From NCBI GenBank assembly GCA_050864255.1, contig JBOWAX010000005.1, positions 27,906 to 91,905 on the forward strand: a stretch of DNA of 64,000 nt, read 5' to 3'. Of this stretch, positions 57,452 to 64,000 are shown piece after piece. Numbering within the stretch: position 1 is the first letter of the stretch; each line of letters starts with the position of its first letter. Source of the stretch: Dehalogenimonas sp. Its GTDB lineage: Bacteria > Chloroflexota > Dehalococcoidia > Dehalococcoidales > Dehalococcoidaceae. Position numbers and translations under genes: made by a program. Below the pieces are notes generated by a model. It ran no database searches. It saw only the letters and a program-made list of their open reading frames with translations, and was not told the DNA's origin.

Positions 57452-58372
57452 ATGAAAATATTAGTTACCGGTGGCGCCGGCTTTATAGGTTCACACCTAG
57501 TTGATAAATTGCTGGCAAATGGGGACGATGTTGTGGTCATTGATAATTTAACTTCAGGAAAAAAAAGCAATGTTGATCCCAGAGTTAGAATTTATGAAAT
57601 GGATATCCGTGCCCCAGATTTAAAAGATTTGATGACAAAGGAAAAGCCCAGACTTGTGTACCATTTAGCGGCTCAAACCACTGTCAGTAAATCGGTAGTT
57701 GACCCTGTGATGGATAATCAAATCAATGTTTCAGGCAGTCTTAACGTCATCACTAGTTGTGTCGAGGCAGGAGTCGAAAAGTTAGTCTATGCTTCATCAT
57801 CTGCCGCATACGGGCATCCTGACAATTTGCCAGTAACTGAAACCCATATTGCACGGCCTCTGTCACCATACGGTGTTTCTAAACACACCGTAGAGCATTA
57901 TCTTGAAATCTACCACAAATTGTTTGACCTGTCTTATACGATTTTGAGATATGCCAATGTCTATGGGCCGAGGCAAAATCCGGCTGGGGAAGGTGGTGTC
58001 GTGGCAATTTTTGCTGACAGAATGCTCAACGACAAGAATCCGGTTATTTTCGGTGACGGGAGCAAAACCCGGGATTATATATATGTTAGTGATATTGTGG
58101 CTGCCAATTTATTGGCGGCAAAACAGGAGTCATGTGATGTTTTTAATATCGGCACGGGCCGTAAAACGTCTGATGATACCATATTTGATCTATTAGCCCG
58201 GTCATGCCGGTACCAAGGAATTAAGGGATATGCACCGGAGCGTCTTGGTGATATTAAACATATGTATCTTGATTGTACTAAAGCGCAACATCATCTTAAA
58301 TGGTTGCCTGAGACCAGCTTGGAAACCGGCATTGACTTGACGGTAGCGTATTATAGTGGCACATCCGCTTAA
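57452..58372 (+). CDS. UDP-hexose 4-epimerase (GalE family)
   Basis: MKILVTGGAGFIGSHLV, the catalytic YGVSK, and 306 aa. Confidence 0.85.
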   Translation: MKILVTGGAGFIGSHLVDKLLANGDDVVVIDNLTSGKKSNVDPRVRIYEMDIRAPDLKDLMTKEKPRLVYHLAAQTTVSKSVVDPVMDNQINVSGSLNVITSCVEAGVEKLVYASSSAAYGHPDNLPVTETHIARPLSPYGVSKHTVEHYLEIYHKLFDLSYTILRYANVYGPRQNPAGEGGVVAIFADRMLNDKNPVIFGDGSKTRDYIYVSDIVAANLLAAKQESCDVFNIGTGRKTSDDTIFDLLARSCRYQGIKGYAPERLGDIKHMYLDCTKAQHHLKWLPETSLETGIDLTVAYYSGTSA

Positions 58373-58472
58373 AGAATATACCCAATTTACCATAAAATAC
58401 TGGCTTGCTAAGCAGGAATATTTCGCTACCGGCTGTATTTTGAAGGTTCCTTTTACCCGACCAGACGCAGAT

Positions 58473-59615
58473 TTAGGGGTTTAACGATGGCTCTGAATCC
58501 AAAGCAGCCCGAAGCGATAAACCAAAATTATCCCGTTGCCAATTGCGAATAGCGGGCTGATCAAGTTCAAACTGCAATGTATCCGGCGCTATGGCCAAAC
58601 GCCCCAGGCTGGCTGACGGCCAGATGAGATCAGGTTCCAGGACCAGGGTATTACATATGGCAGAACGCCATTCTTTAAGTCGGTTCAGGCGTTGCAGTTG
58701 AGTACTGTTCAGCCGCGGCGGTGGTTTAAAAGGAGGCAGAATGATCGGAGATGCTGCCCACCCTAAGCGCAAGGTTTCCTTGAGCCCTTGTCCAAACCGA
58801 TCCAAACTGTGTTTCCCCAGGCCTGAAACTGTTGAAAGGTCATCAATTGGTTCGGCCGCCAGGTTGATCATGACAGCGTCCGGTATTACATAAAACGGTG
58901 GCCGGTTCCACCGCCGGGCTTCTTCTTCGCGGAAGTGCACCAGGCTTTTCAGGACGGCCAAACTATGTTTATTCAGAGTATAAGCACCTTTGACCGAGAG
59001 GTATGCTGTCTCCGGGTCCGGAGGGTTATAACGCACCTCTTCAAGCCGGACGTTTTCTTCGTTCACCCAAGCCGTTCGGCCGAGGGTATCCAGTTTTTGA
59101 TCCAGTTCTTCCTGCAGGCTGACTAGATAGCGGACATCACCAGCGGCATAGTCAACAGCCTCACTGGAAAGTGGTCGCCGACCCCAATCAGCTTTCTGGA
59201 TCGCTGCATTTTTTTCAATGGAGAGTCCTAACAGTTCATTGATGATAGCGACCAGGCTAAACTGGGTCATGCCGATAAAACGGGCAGCAATTTTAGTGTC
59301 GTAGATGTTGCGAAGACGAAATCCGCCATGCCGGTCAAGTGTCCGGAGATCTGAATCAGCAGTATGAAATATCTTCTTTATTGTACCGTCAATAAATATC
59401 TCATTAAGCGCTGAAATATCTTTTAGCGAGATGGGATCAATGATATAGATTTGCTGGCGGGTTGCGATTTGAATTAGACAGAGTTGCTCTGGGTAGCGGT
59501 GTCGGCTATTGGATTCGGTGTCAACCGCAAGCACATCGGACTGTCGCATATCTTCAATCGCCCGCTCCATCTCTGGGCTTTGGGTGACTATTTTAACAGG
59601 TAGATAATCAGGCAC
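58473..59615 (-). CDS. rnd: Ribonuclease D (DEDDy 3'-5' exonuclease plus HRDC)
   Basis: Exo motifs VLAVDTES, KIFHTADSDL and YAAGDVRYL, followed by an HRDC-like region. Confidence 0.85.
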   Translation of the reverse strand: MPDYLPVKIVTQSPEMERAIEDMRQSDVLAVDTESNSRHRYPEQLCLIQIATRQQIYIIDPISLKDISALNEIFIDGTIKKIFHTADSDLRTLDRHGGFRLRNIYDTKIAARFIGMTQFSLVAIINELLGLSIEKNAAIQKADWGRRPLSSEAVDYAAGDVRYLVSLQEELDQKLDTLGRTAWVNEENVRLEEVRYNPPDPETAYLSVKGAYTLNKHSLAVLKSLVHFREEEARRWNRPPFYVIPDAVMINLAAEPIDDLSTVSGLGKHSLDRFGQGLKETLRLGWAASPIILPPFKPPPRLNSTQLQRLNRLKEWRSAICNTLVLEPDLIWPSASLGRLAIAPDTLQFELDQPAIRNWQRDNFGLSLRAALDSEPSLNP

Positions 59616-59819
59616 TGCGTCCTTCTTCCCTTTGGATTGTAGGAATTTAACGGTTTCCCGGCCAAAGCAGTTGGCTCATTATAACCGGAAGCTTAATATA
59701 AGGTCATTGCTATTTCGTTTTCAGGGAATAATTCGTTGGAGGATTATACCGGGGAGCAAATGAGATCTGCCTGCCTGTTTGACACAAATAGGAATCAAAA
59801 GGATAATTAATAGTTAGAT

Positions 59820-60092
59820 ATGGTTTTGTTGTGCCTGATTGGGCACGAGGGGTTGGAATCAGGATTGACTGAGCGTACTTGTCATTGCTACGGCTGTGGC
59901 CGTAATCAGGGAATAGAGGCTTCGGATCTGCCGTGTCTGACTCTGCAGGGCTGGTATATCTTGTCTCATTTGAAAGGCCCGGAAGACATCAAACGTTATG
60001 GTTTTTGTTCGCTGACCTGTCTTCAGCGCTGGGTTAATGAAAACACGCCCTCAATCCCGGAAATATTTTTCAGCAGTCTGGATGATTTCTAA
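59820..60092 (+). CDS. Hypothetical Cys-rich small protein
   Basis: CHCYGCG...CSLTC may form a zinc ribbon. There is no convincing SD and the start is uncertain. Confidence 0.3.
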   Translation: MVLLCLIGHEGLESGLTERTCHCYGCGRNQGIEASDLPCLTLQGWYILSHLKGPEDIKRYGFCSLTCLQRWVNENTPSIPEIFFSSLDDF

Positions 60093-60131
60093 CCGAACCA
60101 ATAAGGATCACATTCGGTTATAATGGGCATC

Positions 60132-61295
60132 ATGAATCGTATTTATCTGGATTATGCCGCGACCACACCTGTGGCCCCGGAAGTATTCAAGGCAATGCAG
60201 CCTTATTTTCAGGATATCTCTGGAAATCCATCAGCAATCTATGCTGAAGGGCAGCAGGCCCGCCAGGCGGTGGAAGTCTCCAGAAATGCTGTGGCTGGGA
60301 TTATAAACGTCCGGGCTGATGAAATTACCTTCGTCAGCGGGGGAACTGAGGCTGACAACATGGCGCTTGTCGGTGTGGTTCAGGCATCCGGGAAAAACCA
60401 TCCCCATATCATTACCACTACCATTGAGCACCACGCCGTACTGGAAACCTGCCATTTTCTGGAGAAGCAAGGCGTTGCGATAACCTTGCTGCCGGTTGAT
60501 AGTCGAGGTTTGGTTGACCCGGTTGACGTGGAGAAGGCAATTCGGCCGGAGACGGTGCTGGTTTCAGTCATTCTGGCTAATAATGAAATCGGGGTTATTC
60601 AGGATCTGGCGGCCATATCCCGGATTACCCGGCAAGCCGGTGTTTATCTGCATACTGACGCAGTTCAGGCCATCGGTCGGATTCCGGTAGATACGCAGGC
60701 TTTGGGAGTGGATTTATTAAGTATTTCAGCCCACAAGTTATACGGGCCAAAAGGTGTTGGAGCTCTTTACATTCGTAAGGGCACTCGGATATCGCCGCTA
60801 TTGTGGGGCGGCGGACAGGAAAGAGGCAAACGTTCCGGCACCGAAAATGTTCCCGGTATCGTCGGTCTTGGTAAAGCTGCCGAGCTTGCAGTTGCCGACC
60901 TGACAGCGGAGGCTTCCAGGCTGGCAGGGCTGCGTGATCGGCTGATTGCCAGGGTGCTGGAGGTAGTACCGAATTCACGTCTGAACGGGCATCCGACCAA
61001 TCGATTACCGAACAATGCCAATTTCAGTTTCGATCATGTAGAAGGAGAATCGGTGTGCCTTAACCTGGATTTGGCGGGTATTGCTGCTTCACCCGGTTCC
61101 GCCTGTTCCTCAACCAGCACCTCGCCTTCTCACGTTTTGACGGCCCTCGGCCTACTACCGCACCAGGCTTTCGGATCATTGCGGTTATCTTTTGGGCGCT
61201 GGACCGATGAAGCGGCTATTGACCGGGTTCTGGAAGTCCTGCCTAATGTTGTTAGCCGCTTGCGCGCCATGTCGCCGGTGGCCCATCAGCAATAA
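60132..61295 (+). CDS. Cysteine desulfurase (NifS/IscS family)
   Basis: MNRIYLDYAATTP, the PLP lysine in SAHKLYGPKG, and the active-site loop SPGSACSS. Confidence 0.9.
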   Translation: MNRIYLDYAATTPVAPEVFKAMQPYFQDISGNPSAIYAEGQQARQAVEVSRNAVAGIINVRADEITFVSGGTEADNMALVGVVQASGKNHPHIITTTIEHHAVLETCHFLEKQGVAITLLPVDSRGLVDPVDVEKAIRPETVLVSVILANNEIGVIQDLAAISRITRQAGVYLHTDAVQAIGRIPVDTQALGVDLLSISAHKLYGPKGVGALYIRKGTRISPLLWGGGQERGKRSGTENVPGIVGLGKAAELAVADLTAEASRLAGLRDRLIARVLEVVPNSRLNGHPTNRLPNNANFSFDHVEGESVCLNLDLAGIAASPGSACSSTSTSPSHVLTALGLLPHQAFGSLRLSFGRWTDEAAIDRVLEVLPNVVSRLRAMSPVAHQQ

Positions 61296-61380
61296 TTATC
61301 GTAACGAAAAGGGCTTGACACTGAGGCCATATTTAGCCTATAAAAGTACTTTAATTGATTAAAAAAGGGAGAATTAGTAG

Positions 61381-61947
61381 ATGAGAGTTGACTCTGAGAC
61401 ACGCACTGCAATTAATGCCTTGCTGGAAGAATATAAGTATGCCCTTGAGGCCAAAAATGTTGACGCACTGCTGAACGTAACCACCAAGGATCCTAATATG
61501 CTCAATATCGGACCAGCCCAGAGCGATATGAGCATCGGCCCTGGGCAGCTTAAAGAACGTATGGAAAAACTTTTTGCTTCGGTGGATACTGTGGCGGTCA
61601 AGTACGGTTATACTACCATTAAGGCCAACGGTGATGTGGCTTGGGTTTCCAGCCATGTTTATGAAAAGCTGACCAAAAATGGTCGGGAGCTGTTGCTGGA
61701 CATGCGTCTGACCGCGGTGGCGGAAAAGATAGATGATATTTGGAAGTTCTCAGAGATGCATAACTCCATACCCTCTGAGATCGATTTACCGGAGCCGACA
61801 CCTGAAGAAAAAGCTGCCGAGGAAGCCGCTGAAGCCGAGCGCAAAGCAGCTGAGGAAGCCAAGCTAAAGGCAGAAGCGGCTAAACGTGAGGCAGAGCTCA
61901 AAGCGGATGAGCCGCCGGCTGACCAGTCGTTCTTTGACTATTACTAG
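61381..61947 (+). CDS. NTF2-fold (SnoaL/DUF4440-like) protein with an A/E/K-rich C-terminal tail
   Basis: The N-terminal ~130 aa follow the pattern AINALLEEYKYALEAKNVDALL...VAWV. The tail is PEEKAAEEAAEAERKAAEEAKLKAEAAKREAELK. Confidence 0.6.
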   Translation: MRVDSETRTAINALLEEYKYALEAKNVDALLNVTTKDPNMLNIGPAQSDMSIGPGQLKERMEKLFASVDTVAVKYGYTTIKANGDVAWVSSHVYEKLTKNGRELLLDMRLTAVAEKIDDIWKFSEMHNSIPSEIDLPEPTPEEKAAEEAAEAERKAAEEAKLKAEAAKREAELKADEPPADQSFFDYY

Positions 61948-61969
61948 AAAAACGAATAGTTCTGAATTT

Positions 61970-62001
61970 AGGAGTGCGGGCTGCCCCGCACTCCTTTTTT
62001 A
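61970..62001 (+). terminator. Rho-independent terminator
   Basis: 11-bp stem AGGAGTGCGGG / CCCGCACTCCT with loop CTGC, followed by TTTTTT. Confidence 0.85.
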
Positions 62002-62099
62002 TCGGCGACTAGCTTGAATAAATGGCTCTTATAATGATAGATTATGGCACGGTACTGGTACTTCAGTCTTAATACTGCGAACACCGCTAAGGAGTTTAA

Positions 62100-62936
62100 T
62101 TGTACCCCATCCTCGCCACCGAAGAATTGGTTCCCCGAGTACGGCTTTATCGGATTCACGCGCCGCGGGTAGCCCAAAAGGCTGCCGCTGGTCAGTTTGT
62201 GATTCTGCGGGTGGACGACAACGGTGAGCGTATCCCTCTGACCATAGCTGACTGGAATGTTACCGAAGGCAGCGTTTCCGTTGTGTTTATGGAAGTGGGG
62301 ACCACCACTACCAAACTTTCAAGGCTCGGTGTCGGCGACACCATCGCCGATTTTGTGGGCCCCTTGGGCAATCAGACCGAAGTGGAAGATTTCGGCACTG
62401 TCTGCTTGATGGCCGGTGGTTTTGCCACGGCGACTATCATGCCCATTGCCCGGGCAATGAAGGCCGCCGGTAATCACGTCATCACCATTGTTGGGGCGCG
62501 CAATAAAGACCTGTTATTCTGGCTGGACCGCCTGGCTGCGTTCAGCGATGAACTGATTATCAGCACCGATGATGGCTCCGCCGGACGCAAAGGCGTGGTT
62601 ACTGAACCTATCAAGGAAAAACTGGAGCGGGGTGATAAAATCGACCGGGTCATCGCCATTGGTCCCAGTATCATGATGAAGTTTTCTGCTTTAACGACTC
62701 AAACATTTGGTGTCAAGACTATAGTTAGCATGAACCCCATTATGATTGACGGCACCGGTATGTGCGGATGCTGCCGGGTGTCGGTGGCCGGACAAACCCG
62801 CTTCGCCTGTGTTGACGGTCCGGAATTTGATGCCCACGCCATTGATTGGGACTCTTTTATGTCGCGCCAACGTACCTATATTGAAGAAGAAAAGCGGTCG
62901 CTGGAAGTCTGCCGTTGCCCTGAGGCACAGAGTTGA
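62100..62936 (+). CDS. NfnA/SudB-like FAD and [2Fe-2S] subunit (ferredoxin-NADP reductase-like, PyrK family)
   Basis: RIPLTIADW, the C-terminal cluster MCGCCRV...CVDGPEF, and a TTG start with SD AAGGAG. Confidence 0.8.
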   Translation: MYPILATEELVPRVRLYRIHAPRVAQKAAAGQFVILRVDDNGERIPLTIADWNVTEGSVSVVFMEVGTTTTKLSRLGVGDTIADFVGPLGNQTEVEDFGTVCLMAGGFATATIMPIARAMKAAGNHVITIVGARNKDLLFWLDRLAAFSDELIISTDDGSAGRKGVVTEPIKEKLERGDKIDRVIAIGPSIMMKFSALTTQTFGVKTIVSMNPIMIDGTGMCGCCRVSVAGQTRFACVDGPEFDAHAIDWDSFMSRQRTYIEEEKRSLEVCRCPEAQS

Positions 62937-62951
62937 AAAACGGAGTTGGTC

Positions 62952-64000
62952 GTGGCTAAACTAGATCTCAACCGGGTAGGAATGCCTAAGCAGGCTGCGG
63001 CACAAAGGCGTCGTAATTTTGATGAAGTGGCCCTTGGCTATTCTGCCCCAGAAGCGGCGCAGGAAGCCTCGCGCTGTATTGATTGTAAAGCCCGCAACTG
63101 TGTGGCCGGTTGCCCGGTGGCGATTGATATTCCGGATTTTATTCGTTCGCTAAAAAACAATGACCTGCGGGAAGCTGCCCGGATACTCAAGCGGACCAAT
63201 GCTCTGCCCGGCATATGTGGCCGAGTTTGTCCTCAGGAAAGCCAGTGCGAGGCTGTCTGCACCCTGGCTAAAAAGGGAGCCCCGGTCGCCATCGGACGGC
63301 TGGAGCGTTATATTGCAGACTGGGAATTGGGTCAGACCGCCAAAGCCTTGCCCGGGGAAAGACTGCCGGCTACTGGGAAGCGGGTCGCTGTTATTGGGGC
63401 TGGCCCTTCCGGCTTGACTGCTGCTGCGGAACTATCCCGACTCGGTCATGAGGTTACGGTATTTGAGTCGTTGCATGTCGCCGGAGGAGTATTGATGTAC
63501 GGCATACCGGAATTCCGGTTGCCTAAAAGCATCGTGCAGTCTGAGGTGGATTACGTCAAAAGCTTGGGTGTCGTGATTGAACTAAACGCCGTAATCGGTA
63601 AGACACTGACCATCGATGAACTTTTCCTTGACGGTTTCCATGCGGTGTTCCTGGGTACCGGTGCCGGGCTGCCGCTTTTTCTGAATATCGAAGGTGAAAA
63701 CGCTTCCGGCGTTTATTCGGCTAATGAGTTTCTGTCCAGGGTCAACCTGATGAAAGCCTGGCGATTTCCGGAATACGACACCCCGCTCAAAGTCGGGCAG
63801 GAGGTGGCGGTCATCGGCGGCGGCAATGTCGCCATGGATGCCGCCCGGAGTGCCGTCCGGCTGGGGGCTCACGTGACCGTGGTGTACCGTCGCAGCCGGG
63901 AAGAGATGCCCGCCCGAATTGAAGAAGTAGAAAATGCAGAAGAAGAAGGGATTGATTTCCTCTATTTAACCAATCCTGTTAGTTTTAAGGTCAATGAACA
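62952..64000 (+). CDS. NfnB/GltD-like NADPH-dependent oxidoreductase (glutamate synthase small-chain family), 3' end outside window
   Basis: GTG start with SD GGAG. Two Fe-S Cys clusters (CIDCKARNCVAGCP, CGRVCPQESQCEAVC), the dinucleotide fold VAVIGAGPSGL, and a second fold VAVIGGGNVAMD. Confidence 0.85.
   Translation, partial: MAKLDLNRVGMPKQAAAQRRRNFDEVALGYSAPEAAQEASRCIDCKARNCVAGCPVAIDIPDFIRSLKNNDLREAARILKRTNALPGICGRVCPQESQCEAVCTLAKKGAPVAIGRLERYIADWELGQTAKALPGERLPATGKRVAVIGAGPSGLTAAAELSRLGHEVTVFESLHVAGGVLMYGIPEFRLPKSIVQSEVDYVKSLGVVIELNAVIGKTLTIDELFLDGFHAVFLGTGAGLPLFLNIEGENASGVYSANEFLSRVNLMKAWRFPEYDTPLKVGQEVAVIGGGNVAMDAARSAVRLGAHVTVVYRRSREEMPARIEEVENAEEEGIDFLYLTNPVSFKVNE

Noticed and set aside
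24952-58400. Integrative element or genomic island inserted at tRNA-Glu
   Set aside because: I found no integrase, excision or transfer genes, and no visible direct repeat of the tRNA 3' end. I kept only the compositional observation as a low-interest finding.

Overview
This 64-kb chromosomal segment looks bacterial, and I infer a Chloroflexota/Dehalococcoidia-like organism without peptidoglycan. That inference rests mainly on a division cluster collapsed to mraZ-rsmH-ftsA-ftsZ with no murein genes. From 1 to 25 kb the window carries housekeeping genes (pheST, the division genes, a dCMP deaminase with a UPF0200-like kinase, a Smr protein, a Dcd/Dut-like enzyme, an MFS transporter and tRNA-Glu). 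It also carries a compact type IV pilus assembly block on the minus strand: pilT, a pilM-pilN fusion, pilO, three pseudopilins, pilC, and a long pilB with an unexplained N-terminal tandem module, followed by a NarL-type regulator and a small HTH protein. From about 25 to 58 kb the sequence is visibly AT-richer and appears to be an accessory surface-polysaccharide region. Its core is a pelF-like/pelG-like gene pair. Around the core sit sugar-nucleotide genes (glmS, a GlmM/PMM-like mutase, a GalE-like epimerase, two 4,6-dehydratase-like SDRs and a class V aminotransferase). Three paralogous Sph3/spherulin-4-like surface proteins carry an unassigned repeated 'GWW' module. Two giant paralogous surface proteins share a ~600-aa module with PgaB/CE4-like metal-site motifs. 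The signalling complement is unusual: four NarL/LuxR-type regulators (two lacking the canonical phospho-acceptor Asp), a HisKA_3 kinase, and a CheB-CheR-PAS fusion with no MCP or CheA nearby. Short AT-rich motifs (TACGYAA, TWARGTAWT and a 16-bp perfect palindrome) recur in the intergenic regions of this block. The last 6 kb return to housekeeping (RNase D, cysteine desulfurase, NfnAB-like genes). Intergenic spacers in the first 9 kb are built from degenerate heptanucleotide tandem tracts that place stop codons in all frames. I found no CRISPR array, transposase, integrase or rRNA. All family assignments come from reading motifs by eye and need HMM or structure confirmation.
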